The notes under the pieces were generated by a model that did not search any database, was not told the DNA's origin, and worked only from the letters and a program-made list of their open reading frames with translations. Position numbers and translations under genes: made by a program. A stretch of DNA of 57,685 nucleotides from the NCBI GenBank assembly GCA_007693605.1, contig REDG01000040.1, positions 1 through 57,685 of the forward strand. Direction: 5' to 3'. This stretch comes from Bradymonadales bacterium. Its GTDB lineage: Bacteria > Bdellovibrionota > UBA2394. Positions 9,513 through 19,533 of the stretch are shown here, one piece after another (the first letter of the stretch is position 1; every line of letters begins with the position of its first letter).

Positions 9513-11213
9513 GTGAGGATGCTCATTGTTTTGTTCGTCTTTTTGGGGGCTCTTTATCTTGTAGCCCCTAGCTTTGTTCCAGAGGATTCTCCTTTTCGAT
9601 CTTATCTTCCAGAACGATCTTTGAACTTAGGATTGGATTTACAGGGTGGGATTCATGTGATTCTTGGGGTGGATGTTCAGCGGGCTGTGGAGCTTGAGCT
9701 CGATCAGTTGGCCGCTCAGTTATCCCTACAGTTGGAAGCCGAGGGCATTCGCGGATTCGAGCTTCGCCGTAGCCAACAATTTTCAGATGATTTGATTCTT
9801 CGGTTTGCGAGCGCAAGAGGCTTGGAGAATCATCTGGATGCTGTGAGACGAAGCATTCGAGAGGATTTTTACACGGTTCTGACACAACCCATTCAGAGGA
9901 GTGAACGAGAGCTGAGCGTGAGTCTAGAGCAGGCCAGGCGAGCGGAGATCATCGAACAGTCCTTGGAACAAGCCCGAGAAATTCTTCGAAATCGTGTGGA
10001 TGAGTTCGGCGTAGCGGAACCCATCATTCAGATTGAGGGTCAAGATCGAATTTTGGTGCAACTTCCTGGGGTGCAAGATCCTGATCGAGCGATTCAGCTC
10101 ATCGGTCAGACGGCTTTGTTGGAGTACAAACTGGTTGACGATGACTTTAGTCGATCGGAGCTCGAAGAGATTTCTGATCGTTACCGACAAGAGGTCGGAA
10201 TCATCAGCAGTTTTACACGGGATCAACTGGATCAGCTCAATGCTTTGGCTCAAGAGAGCCTGCCTGAAGGTCGAATCATTTCTTTCGAGAGAGTGGTGGA
10301 TCGACGAGGGGGAGATACCCGCTTGGTCCCCTATCTTCTTCATGACGAAGTGGCTCTGACGGGGGGCGCGGTCGAGAACGCTCGGGTGATGACCGATGCA
10401 ACAACCAATCAGCCCGTAATCTCCTTGCGATTGACAGCCCCTGGGGCTCAGATTTTTGAGGAGATCACAGCGGCGAATGTAGGCCGTCGTTTGGCGATTG
10501 TTCTAGACTCCGCCGTGATTTCCGCTCCACAGATTCAGGGCCGAATTCCCGCAATTGCCAGGGCCGCCCAGATCACCTTGGGCACAGGATCGAGAGCCGA
10601 GATGATGAGAGAGGCTCGAGATTTAGCTCTTGTTCTTCGGTCAGGGGCCTTGCCCGCTCCGGTTGAGATTTTGGAGAACCGGACCGTGGGCGCGAGTCTT
10701 GGGCAAGACTCGATTGAGGCCGGACGAGTGGCGGGACTTTTGGCGGCGATTTTCGTCCTCATTTTTATGGCCTTCTATTATCGAGCATTTGGCGTCTTGG
10801 CCGATGTGGTGGTGGCTTTGAATTTGCTGATGATTCTGGGGGTGATGTCTCTTTTTCAGGCGACCCTGACGCTTCCTGGAATTGCAGGCATTGTTTTAAC
10901 GATTGGAATCTGTGTGGATGCCAATGTCATCATCTTTGAGCGGATACGAGAGGAGCTGCGCAACGAGAAGCGAAAAATTCGAACTGCGATTGAGGCGGGC
11001 TATGCAGCAGCTCACAAAGCCATACTTGATGCCAATATCACGACGGCGATTGCGGCGGCGGTCTTGTTCAATTTCGGCTCGGGTCCGATTCGAGGCTTTG
11101 CAGTGACCTTGATGGTGGGAATCATCTGCGGTTATATCTCTGCCTTTTGGTTTTCAAGGTGGATCTTGGAGTGGTTTTTAGAGAAGCGCGCGGTAAAAAG
11201 ACTGTGGATCTAG
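9513..11213 (+). CDS. secD: Protein translocase subunit SecD
   Basis: LGLDLQGG, RVDEFGVAEP, LRSGALPAP, TLTLPGIAG and VDANVIIFERIREE motifs. Confidence 0.97.
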   Translation: MRMLIVLFVFLGALYLVAPSFVPEDSPFRSYLPERSLNLGLDLQGGIHVILGVDVQRAVELELDQLAAQLSLQLEAEGIRGFELRRSQQFSDDLILRFASARGLENHLDAVRRSIREDFYTVLTQPIQRSERELSVSLEQARRAEIIEQSLEQAREILRNRVDEFGVAEPIIQIEGQDRILVQLPGVQDPDRAIQLIGQTALLEYKLVDDDFSRSELEEISDRYRQEVGIISSFTRDQLDQLNALAQESLPEGRIISFERVVDRRGGDTRLVPYLLHDEVALTGGAVENARVMTDATTNQPVISLRLTAPGAQIFEEITAANVGRRLAIVLDSAVISAPQIQGRIPAIARAAQITLGTGSRAEMMREARDLALVLRSGALPAPVEILENRTVGASLGQDSIEAGRVAGLLAAIFVLIFMAFYYRAFGVLADVVVALNLLMILGVMSLFQATLTLPGIAGIVLTIGICVDANVIIFERIREELRNEKRKIRTAIEAGYAAAHKAILDANITTAIAAAVLFNFGSGPIRGFAVTLMVGIICGYISAFWFSRWILEWFLEKRAVKRLWI

Positions 11214-11246
11214 GCTTCCAATTGGTCACGAAGGAGAGCGAGTTGA

Positions 11247-12452
11247 ATGTTTAGACTTTTTTCGGACAATTTGAATATTCCCTTCTTGCAGGGGCGGCGT
11301 TTTTTTTCTGGCCTGTCCATTGCCATGTGTGCATTGAGTGTCTTTTTTGTTATGGATCGGGGGCTCAATTTCGGGGTGGATTTCGCCGGCGGCGTTCAGA
11401 TGGTTTTGAATTTTCCCGAGGAGGCGGAAGTGACGGCTGACCAAGTTCGTTCTGGATTGTCAGACTTCGGGATCAGCCAAGCCACGGTTCAAAACTTCGG
11501 CACGGAGTTCGATCAGCGGCCTTCGGAGTATATCATCAGCTTTCCGGCTGATATCTTCGAGGAGGAGGGAATGGCGAATGCCATTTTTTCCATCCTACAA
11601 GAAGAGATCGGTCTCTCAGAAGCTGGGTTGAGAGAGTTTCGACTGAGCGGCTTCGAGCGAGCTTTTGTGGTCATCGAGACTGACGAAGGCCTCGATCGTC
11701 TAAGGGGCATTTTGGTCGGTCAATCTCTCGGGCCCATTCGCATTCTTGATGTTCTCAGTTTCGGGTCGATGGAGGCTCAACAGTACGAGATTTCTTTTTC
11801 CAGTCTGCCTGCGGAGATTGTTCAATATTTTCAGAGGGAGTTGGTTGGCGAGAATGCTGACGCCCGAGTCGTGGTTGAAAAGGTTGACTTTGTTGGCGCT
11901 CGGGTTGGGCAGGACTTGAAGACGGCCGCCCTGCTTTCGATCTTCGTCACCATTCTTTTGGTCTTCATTTATATCTTTTTGCGATTTGATTTAATGTATG
12001 CGCCCGGAGTAGTGGTGGCTTTAGGCCATGATGTCTTGATCACAGTTGGACTCTTTGCGCTTACAGGCTTTGAATTTGATCTGGCGGTCGTGGCCGCTCT
12101 GCTGACCGTGGCGGGCTATTCGATCAATGATACGATTGTCGTTTACGATCGAATTCGGGAGTCGATTGGGCAGTACAAGGGGAAGTCCTTGATTGATATC
12201 TTGAATATCGCCATCAACCAAACCATGAATCGAACCGTGATCACTTCGGCCACCACCCTCATGGCGACGGTCGTTTTGTGGGTCGTCGGGGGGCCTGTCA
12301 TTCACAGCTTCGCCTTCGCTTTGTGTGTGGGAATCCTTGTGGGGACCTATTCCTCTATTTTTGTGGCCGCCCCCTTGGTCTATTGGATGAATCTGTGGCT
12401 CTCTAAAAGAGGGGCTGGTGTGAATCAGAAAAAGAAAGCGGCGGTAGCCTAG
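11247..12452 (+). CDS. secF: Protein translocase subunit SecF
   Basis: GLNFGVDFAGG, GYSINDTIVVYDRIRE and GTYSSIFVA motifs; AAGGAG RBS upstream. Confidence 0.97.
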   Translation: MFRLFSDNLNIPFLQGRRFFSGLSIAMCALSVFFVMDRGLNFGVDFAGGVQMVLNFPEEAEVTADQVRSGLSDFGISQATVQNFGTEFDQRPSEYIISFPADIFEEEGMANAIFSILQEEIGLSEAGLREFRLSGFERAFVVIETDEGLDRLRGILVGQSLGPIRILDVLSFGSMEAQQYEISFSSLPAEIVQYFQRELVGENADARVVVEKVDFVGARVGQDLKTAALLSIFVTILLVFIYIFLRFDLMYAPGVVVALGHDVLITVGLFALTGFEFDLAVVAALLTVAGYSINDTIVVYDRIRESIGQYKGKSLIDILNIAINQTMNRTVITSATTLMATVVLWVVGGPVIHSFAFALCVGILVGTYSSIFVAAPLVYWMNLWLSKRGAGVNQKKKAAVA

Positions 12453-12455
12453 AAT

Positions 12456-14249
12456 TTGAAGTTTGATTGGCCTCAAGACTGTCCTGCGAACTTTGCCAGA
12501 GATTGGAGTTCACCACTGCGGCAGGTTTTGTGGAGTCGGGGTCTGCGAACGGATGAGGAAGTTCAGGCTTTTCTGTACCCGTCCTGGGATCTACTGATTC
12601 GCCCCGAAAATTTACTGAAAGACTTGGAGCCTGCGCTTCAACTCCTGCTGAAAGCCAAGGAGAATAAACAAAAGCTTTTGGTGTTTGGCGACTACGATGT
12701 GGACGGGAGTACGGCCGCCTGTCTGCTGGTCAGCAGTCTTCGAGCCATGGGATTTCCCAAAGTCGAAGCCTTCATTCCCCATCGGATCAAGGAGGGTTAC
12801 GGTCTCAGCGCTGTGGCGGCGAAGCGAGTTGTTGAGACTCATCCAGCCGTGGGCCTGGTCCTGACCTGCGATTGTGGCGTGAGTTCTTTTGAAGGCATTG
12901 AGTTTTTGAAAGAACGATTCGTTCCAGTGATCGTGACCGATCACCACAGTCCTCCCCCAAAGCGAGTGAGGGCCGACGCGGTGATTAACCCACGACAGGC
13001 TGACTGCTTCTATCCGGATAAAAACTTGGCGGGTGTAGGCGTGGCCTTTTTGCTGATGACCGCGCTTCGACGAGCATTGGGCTTGAGAAACTTCCGCTTG
13101 AAGGAAGTTCTGGATTTGGTCGCGGTGGGAACGATCTGTGATATGGTTCCGCTTCAAGGTCTGAATCGGATTTTGGTGAGAGAAGGATTGAAAGAGATGA
13201 AATCTCTTCAGCGGCCGATCTGGAAGGCTTTGGCGGAACAGGCCAGCCAGGATTTGGGGGATCTGGAAGCTGAAGATATTGGCTTCGTGATCGGACCTCG
13301 CTTAAACGCGGCCGGTCGAGTCGGAGATCCCGAAGCCGGGCTGAGGGCTCTGCTGTCTGCTTCTCGCTTAGAGGCCCAGACTCGGGCTCTTGAACTGGAG
13401 ACTCTGAATCGAGAGCGACGACGACTTCAAACGGAACAAACAGACAGAGTTTTGTCTCAACTTCTTCCGGAGGAGTCCGCCCACCTGATTTGGTCAGAAG
13501 ATTTTCATTTGGGGCTGGTGGGTCTGATTGCTTCTAAGGTGGTGGAAAGAACCCGAAAGCCCGCCTGTGTTTTGACTCGAATGGAAGATGAAGTCTCTTG
13601 GGATCAAGAGGGAAAGCTCAAAGACTCCGTCTGGAAAGGCTCTCTGAGAGCGCCAGAGGGCTTTCATTTGGCCCAAATTTTACAAGGAATCCAATCGCAA
13701 GAAGAGCTGCTTTTGAGTTTTGGGGGGCATGCGGCCGCCGCGGGCGTTTCGGTTTTAGAATCTCAGTTGCCAAAATTTCGGGAGGCTTTTCGAGTCTTTT
13801 GTAAGCGAGGGCTTTCTGAAGAGCCACCTTGGAAGCCCGAGTTTGTGGTGCGCGAGAAGCCGTCTTCGGCCCCTATTCAGTTTGAGGACTTTGAGATTTT
13901 AAAGCCATTTGGTCAGGCGAATCCTCCTCCGCAGGCTCTTGTTCTGGGTTTTTCTGTGGAGAATCTCAGGATCCTTAAGGAGAAGCATTTGCGCCTAGAA
14001 GGCAAAATTCAGGGAAAAAAGACCTCCGTTTTGCAATTTCAGAGCCCTTGGGTTAGCCTGTTCCAGAAGATCCAGAAAGATCGATTTTCCCTCGACTTTA
14101 TTGGTCAGCTTTCTGAGAATAAGTGGAGGGGGAGGTCGCGATGGGAGTGGCGTCTCTTGGATTTTCAAGGGTGGGGAGATGCAAGCAAGAAAGAAATCCC
14201 AATCAAGCGCGAGTCATCGGATGAAGTCATCTCGGGCGCGAGCCCGTGA
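12456..14249 (+). CDS. recJ: Single-stranded-DNA exonuclease RecJ
   Basis: GDYDVDG, EGYGL, DCG, TDHH, PRLNAAGR, GGHAAAAG and PFGQANP motifs. Confidence 0.95.
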   Translation: MKFDWPQDCPANFARDWSSPLRQVLWSRGLRTDEEVQAFLYPSWDLLIRPENLLKDLEPALQLLLKAKENKQKLLVFGDYDVDGSTAACLLVSSLRAMGFPKVEAFIPHRIKEGYGLSAVAAKRVVETHPAVGLVLTCDCGVSSFEGIEFLKERFVPVIVTDHHSPPPKRVRADAVINPRQADCFYPDKNLAGVGVAFLLMTALRRALGLRNFRLKEVLDLVAVGTICDMVPLQGLNRILVREGLKEMKSLQRPIWKALAEQASQDLGDLEAEDIGFVIGPRLNAAGRVGDPEAGLRALLSASRLEAQTRALELETLNRERRRLQTEQTDRVLSQLLPEESAHLIWSEDFHLGLVGLIASKVVERTRKPACVLTRMEDEVSWDQEGKLKDSVWKGSLRAPEGFHLAQILQGIQSQEELLLSFGGHAAAAGVSVLESQLPKFREAFRVFCKRGLSEEPPWKPEFVVREKPSSAPIQFEDFEILKPFGQANPPPQALVLGFSVENLRILKEKHLRLEGKIQGKKTSVLQFQSPWVSLFQKIQKDRFSLDFIGQLSENKWRGRSRWEWRLLDFQGWGDASKKEIPIKRESSDEVISGASP

Positions 14250-14571
14250 CAAGCGATCAGCGCCTCGGATTCCAATTCAGTTGAAAGTGGATATCGAGTC
14301 CACCCAAGATCACTATTTGTTTGAGTACTCATCTAACCTGTCTCAGAGTGGAATTTTTATCCAGACAGAGGAGCCTCTCGAACCAGGCACTCTTGTGAAT
14401 ATTCAGTTCAGCCTTCCCGATCAGATCTTGATTCGTACCCGGGGTGAGGTCATGTGGAAAAGTGATGATGAAGAAGATCCGGAATTGGGGATGGGAATCA
14501 AGTTTCTGGGATTGAAGGAAGAGGATCGAGATCATATTCTCAATGTTCTGAAGAAGTTGGCAATTTTATGA
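14179..14571 (+). CDS. Single-domain PilZ protein (c-di-GMP receptor; myxobacterial TIGR02266-like)
   Basis: RxxxR (RSAPR) and NLSQSG (D/NxSxxG) motifs, with a GMGIKF C-terminal strand. Start uncertain (14179 or 14221); both overlap the recJ 3' end. Confidence 0.85.
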   Translation: MQARKKSQSSASHRMKSSRARARDKRSAPRIPIQLKVDIESTQDHYLFEYSSNLSQSGIFIQTEEPLEPGTLVNIQFSLPDQILIRTRGEVMWKSDDEEDPELGMGIKFLGLKEEDRDHILNVLKKLAIL

Positions 14572-14942
14572 AACTTCCATTCAGCCTGGCACTGTTTTTT
14601 TTGGGATTGAGTTCAGTCGAAGTTGCTGAGGCTGAGGACGCCATTCGGCCTAGATCCCCCACGGTCATATTGGACTCAAGGCGAGACAGAGATTCTTCTA
14701 CAGCCGTTGAGGTCGTCAGTGGTCAAAAGACTCTGTCGGGCGAGCCTCATGTCAACGATCGCCGAGCCTATCGGAATTGGGATCAGGCCTGCCGCTCATG
14801 GAAGAGGGAGTTGCGGCAATTGAATCGAGGTCGAGTGATTATTCACGATTGTGGTCCCGCTCGAGTTAAGACGGAGAAACGAGGGGATCAAAGCCTGTAT
14901 CGTTATGAATCTCAAGCCGAGTACAAAATTCGGGTAAATTAG
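14568..14942 (+). CDS. Small exported hypothetical protein with two Cys
   Basis: Signal peptide MKLPFSLALFFLGLSS...AEA; ATGA overlap with the PilZ gene. Confidence 0.7.
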   Translation: MKLPFSLALFFLGLSSVEVAEAEDAIRPRSPTVILDSRRDRDSSTAVEVVSGQKTLSGEPHVNDRRAYRNWDQACRSWKRELRQLNRGRVIIHDCGPARVKTEKRGDQSLYRYESQAEYKIRVN

Positions 14943-14982
14943 CACCTGTCTTTTCTCGCCGGCTGTGCTCCAATCCTCAGAA

Positions 14983-15846
14983 ATGCAGCACATTCCTGTT
15001 TTGACGGCATCGGTATTGGAAAAAATGGCTTGGTCTGAACCGATTCACTCGCTGCTGGATGCGACCGTCGGAGGGGGCGGTCACCTTCGGCTTCTCTTAG
15101 AAAATTGCCCGAGTGTAGAGAGGCTTGTTGCCTTAGATCAAGATCTGGTCGCCATTGGCGAGGCAAAAAAGAACTTAAAGGACTTTCCTCAAGTTGAGTT
15201 CTTTCACGGAAGTTTTGGCAATTTTCTTAAAGCTGAAACTCGGTTTTATGATCGAATCTTGATGGACTTGGGTGTCTCGTCCTTTCAGTTGGATTCCGCT
15301 GAGAGGGGGTTTAGTTTTCAGAAGGATGGGCCTCTGGACATGCGTATGAATCCAGAAGCTGGAAAGCCCGCATGGCAACGGCTCGCAGAAGTGTCGGAGC
15401 GAGATTTTGCGAAGTTGCTGTTTGAGTACGGAGAGGAGCCCAGAGCCCGCCGCTTGGCTCGAACTTGGGTGCGCGAGCGAAAGACGGCCTCTGTGAAAAC
15501 GACAGAGGCTTTTGTGCGAGCCCTGGGCTATCGATTGGATTCGAAAGATCATCGAGGTCGTCATCCGCTGACTCGTACATTTCAAGCCATTCGTGTGTGG
15601 GTGAACGATGAGATGGGTCAGCTGGACCTTGCATTGCAAGAGATTCCTCGAGTCTTGGCACCGGCTGGAAGGTTAGGTGTAATAACATTTCATAGTTTAG
15701 AGGATCGTAGGGTAAAATTGGGTCTGAGGGGAAAATTGAAAGCGATCAATCGAAAAGTCATTCAGGCGAGCGACGAAGAGACTTTGTCAAACCCTCGGGC
15801 GAGGTCTGCAAAACTTCGAGTTTACGAGAAGGTGTTAGACGAATGA
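14983..15846 (+). CDS. rsmH: 16S rRNA m4C1402 methyltransferase RsmH
   Basis: HIPVL, DATVGGGGH, DLGVSSFQLD, RGFSF...GPLDMRM, FHSLEDR and NPRARSAKLR motifs. ATG 14983 preferred. Confidence 0.97.
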   Translation: MQHIPVLTASVLEKMAWSEPIHSLLDATVGGGGHLRLLLENCPSVERLVALDQDLVAIGEAKKNLKDFPQVEFFHGSFGNFLKAETRFYDRILMDLGVSSFQLDSAERGFSFQKDGPLDMRMNPEAGKPAWQRLAEVSERDFAKLLFEYGEEPRARRLARTWVRERKTASVKTTEAFVRALGYRLDSKDHRGRHPLTRTFQAIRVWVNDEMGQLDLALQEIPRVLAPAGRLGVITFHSLEDRRVKLGLRGKLKAINRKVIQASDEETLSNPRARSAKLRVYEKVLDE

Positions 15847-16085
15847 GGCTTTGGCTTGGGGGAATTCTGACTGGCGTATTGCTTTATGGCCTCATTACGC
15901 TCGGAATTCGACTGCATATGACGCAGCTCGCCTATCAGTTTTTTGATTTGAAGTCTTACGAACGCTCACTCAAAGAAGAGAATCTGCGCTTAAAGGCGGA
16001 GCTAGCTGAAGCTCTCAGTCCTAAAGCTTCCTGGAAGTCGGGCTGGAAGGTGCCAGAGCCCAGCCAGCTGAGGAGGCTTCCGTGA
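15843..16085 (+). CDS. ftsL: Cell division protein FtsL-like
   Basis: Small TM plus leucine-zipper protein (LKEENLRLKAELAEALSP) between rsmH and ftsI, with 4-bp overlaps on both sides. Confidence 0.75.
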   Translation: MRLWLGGILTGVLLYGLITLGIRLHMTQLAYQFFDLKSYERSLKEENLRLKAELAEALSPKASWKSGWKVPEPSQLRRLP

Positions 16086-17971
16086 GTGTGAATGTTCGAT
16101 TCTTCGTTTTGCTCTTTGTTTTTGTGTCGGGTTTTGTCGCCGTGGGTTGGAGGCTCGTTCAGCTTCAGCTCAATCCTCATGAACGGCTTCTGCAGTTGTC
16201 GGAGAACAAGTCTCGATGGACAGAGCGCCGAGAAGCCGAAAGTCTTCTCAAGAGTCGCGGTGGCATTCAGGATCGAGCCGGAAGAACATTGGCCCTCTCT
16301 TTGATTAGCCAAAGTTTTTTTGCCAATCCGAGACTGATCGAAAACCCTCGATCGGTTGCGTATAAGTTAAGTCCTCATTTGGGTTTGAGTCCGGAGAGAA
16401 TTGAAGAGCTACTCTCTCAAGATCGATTTTTCGTTTGGCTGAGACGAGAGGTGGATGAGGAAACGGCTAGACAAATTTTTGCCCTTGATATTCCTGGCAT
16501 TCATAGCAGCAAGGAGAGTAAGCGAGTTTATCCTCAAGGGGAGCTTGCACGAAACCTCATTGGCTTTGCAGGCAGAGATGGGGTGGGTCTGGAGGGGGTC
16601 GAAAGATCTTATGATCGCTGGCTGCAGGCTTCCGATCAAGCCTCTGACTTGGGCTTGAGGGATGCACTCGGTCGCTTGCTTTTGTTTCGAGACTTTGAGA
16701 GGCAGTGGTTTGAAGGTCAAGATGTCGTGCTGACCATCGATCTTGGGCTTCAGAAAATCATGGAACAAGAGTTGAGGCAGGTTCTTCAACAAACCCAGGC
16801 GATCTCTGCTCAAGCGGTGATGATGGAGCCTCAGAGTGGTGCGATTCTAGCCATGGCTTCCATTGATGGGGAGCGACCGGACTCTCCTGTGTTTCGAAAT
16901 CGGGTGGTTTCGGATGTCTATGAGCCCGGGAGTACATTCAAAGTGCTGAGTATTTTGGGGGCTCTCGAAAAGCTTCACATGACTCGTACGAGCCAAATCT
17001 TCGCAGAGGAAGGTCTTCTTCGAATCGGCTCTCAATCAGTGAGAGAGTTCAATCGTAGAAAATACGGTTGGCTGAGTCTTGAAGAGCTGTTGGCGGTTTC
17101 GTCGAATATTGGGGCTGCGAAGATTGGGATGCAGTTAGGGAATCAAGTTTTCGGTGAACTCATCGAGCGGCTTCAGTTTGGAAGACCAACAGGCATTGAT
17201 CTTCCCGGAGAGGCCAGGGGCATTGTTCGTCCGGCGAATTCGTGGCGGCCCATTGATTTGGCGAACATTAGCTTTGGACAGGGAATCGCGGCCACGCCCC
17301 TCCAGATCTTGCGACTCTTTGCGAGTTTCGCCAATGGCGGTTATTTGGTGCGACCTCATGTCGTCAAACGAATTCAAAGTTCAGATGCAGGCGGGCCGGT
17401 TGTGTTTGAACAAGAGATTGAACGAGAAGAGGTGATGAAGCCAGAGATGGCGCGCTTGTTGAGTGAAATGCTGATCAGTGTGACTCAAGAAGGGGGAACC
17501 GGTAAGCAGGCGGCCATTCCTGGTTTTGAGGTGGCGGGCAAGACCGGGACCTCTCAGAAAGTTGTGGAGACCGTGGTGGAGGGTCAAACGAGGCGCTCTT
17601 ACTCAAATACAGAACTCATTGCGAGTTTTGTGGGCTTTGTGCCCGCGAGAGACCCCGCCTTTGTGCTCTTTGTGGCTTACGATTCTCCTCAAGGGGCTGC
17701 GAGTGGGGGCTTCACGGCGGCGCCGAGTTTTCGAAGAATCGCCACTCAGGCCCTCGGGCTATTGGGCATTTCCTCAGTTTCTTCAGAGTCTCTTCGGGCG
17801 GGGCGAGCGGAGATCGAAGTGGAAGGCTTTGTGGGAAGGAATTTTCAGGAGGTTTTGACCGAGATTCGTTCTTGGCCCCCCGAGCAAAGGGCTCAGGTGG
17901 AACTCTACGGAATCGGTCAGGCCGTTCGAGAAGAGAGATTTGAGGATCAAATTCGAGTTTACTTCGAATAG
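16082..17971 (+). CDS. ftsI: Peptidoglycan transpeptidase FtsI (PBP3)
   Basis: RGGIQDRAG, RVYPQG and GLEGVE motifs; catalytic STFK, SSN and KTG. Confidence 0.93.
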   Translation: MSVNVRFFVLLFVFVSGFVAVGWRLVQLQLNPHERLLQLSENKSRWTERREAESLLKSRGGIQDRAGRTLALSLISQSFFANPRLIENPRSVAYKLSPHLGLSPERIEELLSQDRFFVWLRREVDEETARQIFALDIPGIHSSKESKRVYPQGELARNLIGFAGRDGVGLEGVERSYDRWLQASDQASDLGLRDALGRLLLFRDFERQWFEGQDVVLTIDLGLQKIMEQELRQVLQQTQAISAQAVMMEPQSGAILAMASIDGERPDSPVFRNRVVSDVYEPGSTFKVLSILGALEKLHMTRTSQIFAEEGLLRIGSQSVREFNRRKYGWLSLEELLAVSSNIGAAKIGMQLGNQVFGELIERLQFGRPTGIDLPGEARGIVRPANSWRPIDLANISFGQGIAATPLQILRLFASFANGGYLVRPHVVKRIQSSDAGGPVVFEQEIEREEVMKPEMARLLSEMLISVTQEGGTGKQAAIPGFEVAGKTGTSQKVVETVVEGQTRRSYSNTELIASFVGFVPARDPAFVLFVAYDSPQGAASGGFTAAPSFRRIATQALGLLGISSVSSESLRAGRAEIEVEGFVGRNFQEVLTEIRSWPPEQRAQVELYGIGQAVREERFEDQIRVYFE

Positions 17972-17997
17972 CGATCCAGCCTAATTCTAAAAAACAG

Positions 17998-19530
17998 ATG
18001 ACGGAACCTCTCAAAGCCTTTCGCTTCTCTGATTTGCAGGCTGAGCTTCAATCCGCCGATCTTTGGCTAGAGGCTCGGGCCGAAGGCTCTTACGATGGCA
18101 TTTTCTCAGACACTCGAGAGCTTAATCAACTGACCGGTTCCTCTTTGGTCTTCTTTTGTCGAAGGGGCTTAAGTAAAGATGGGCATCAATTCATTCCTGA
18201 ACTGCTCAAAGAGGGCCGCGTGAAGGCCTTTGTCGTAGAAGAGGGGGTCGATCTCATTCCAGAAGATCGAGATTATTTGGTGGTTCGAGATAGTCGCTTA
18301 GCGATGTCTCTGTTTGCCAAGAAGCTCTACGGTGACCCGACGCGAGATCTGCTGACTTGTGCGATCACGGGGACGAACGGCAAGACCACCAGCTGTTTTA
18401 TTTTGGAGCAAGTTTTGAAATCCGCGGGCTTTCGAACGGCTCGAATGGGTACGATTGACTCTCGCTTCGAGAACGATCGGTGGGGGTCTTCGTTGACCTC
18501 TCCGGATTTCGTGCTTTTCCAAAAGTTAGTGGCTCGTTGGAAGGCCTTGGGTGCAGAATCCCTTGTCTTTGAAGCAAGCTCTCATGCCTTGAGTCAGGGT
18601 CGGCTCAGTGGCGTCGAAGTCGATCTCGCCCTGTTCACGAATCTAAGCCCCGAGCATCTGGATTATCATAAGAATATGGAGTCCTATTATCAGGCAAAGA
18701 AAATCTTGTTTTCGTCTCTGTTAAGGAACTCCTCAAAGCAGAAGAAGATTGCCATTCTGCCTGAAGATCAGGCCTACGGGTCTCGACTTTTGGAAGAGCT
18801 GAAAGGCTCCGGCCTCAATCTTTGGTCTTGGGGGGAAGGTCCCACTTCTGAAGATGACTCTCAAAGGCTGCAGCTCGAAGAGTGGAGCACGAGTCTTTCA
18901 GGCTCAGAAGTCAGTGCTCGTTTCCGAGCTGAGAAGATTCAGTTTCGAAGTTCTCTGATTGGGAAACATAATGTGGAGAACTTGATGGGGGCGCTCACGG
19001 CAGGCTTGGCTCTAGAGATGAAGCTATCTGAAATTTTATCGAGTTTAGAGTCCTTTCAGGCCGTTCCTGGGCGCTTGGAGAGAGTTCCTCACCCTCGTTC
19101 AGCCAATGTTTTCGTGGATTATGCTCACACCCCAGACGCATTGGAGAATGTATTGCAGAGCCTTCGCCCCCTATGTCAGGGGAAGCTTCGGCTGATTTTT
19201 GGTTGTGGCGGAGATCGAGATCGTCAGAAAAGACCGCTGATGGGTCAGATTGCTGAACTCTTTTCTGATGTTGTTTATTTGAGTTCCGACAACCCTCGAT
19301 CTGAAGATCCTCTTGAGATCATCAATCAGGTTTTGCAGGGAATGCAGAAAATCAAGCCGTGTCGAGTGATTGAAAACCGGCGACTTGCCATTGAAACCGC
19401 GATCTCAGAGATGGAAGAGAAGGATGTCTTGTTGATTGCGGGTAAGGGTCACGAGACCACTCAAGAGATAATGGGGCAAGAATTTGATTTCGATGATCGA
19501 GAAGTTGTGAGAGCCTATTCTGGGGCTTAA
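17998..19530 (+). CDS. murE: UDP-MurNAc-tripeptide synthetase MurE (meso-DAP type)
   Basis: ITGTNGKTT, EASSHAL, DYAHTPDAL, FGCGGDRD, DNPR (DAP specificity motif) and AGKGHE. Confidence 0.96.
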   Translation: MTEPLKAFRFSDLQAELQSADLWLEARAEGSYDGIFSDTRELNQLTGSSLVFFCRRGLSKDGHQFIPELLKEGRVKAFVVEEGVDLIPEDRDYLVVRDSRLAMSLFAKKLYGDPTRDLLTCAITGTNGKTTSCFILEQVLKSAGFRTARMGTIDSRFENDRWGSSLTSPDFVLFQKLVARWKALGAESLVFEASSHALSQGRLSGVEVDLALFTNLSPEHLDYHKNMESYYQAKKILFSSLLRNSSKQKKIAILPEDQAYGSRLLEELKGSGLNLWSWGEGPTSEDDSQRLQLEEWSTSLSGSEVSARFRAEKIQFRSSLIGKHNVENLMGALTAGLALEMKLSEILSSLESFQAVPGRLERVPHPRSANVFVDYAHTPDALENVLQSLRPLCQGKLRLIFGCGGDRDRQKRPLMGQIAELFSDVVYLSSDNPRSEDPLEIINQVLQGMQKIKPCRVIENRRLAIETAISEMEEKDVLLIAGKGHETTQEIMGQEFDFDDREVVRAYSGA

Positions 19531-19533
19531 AAC

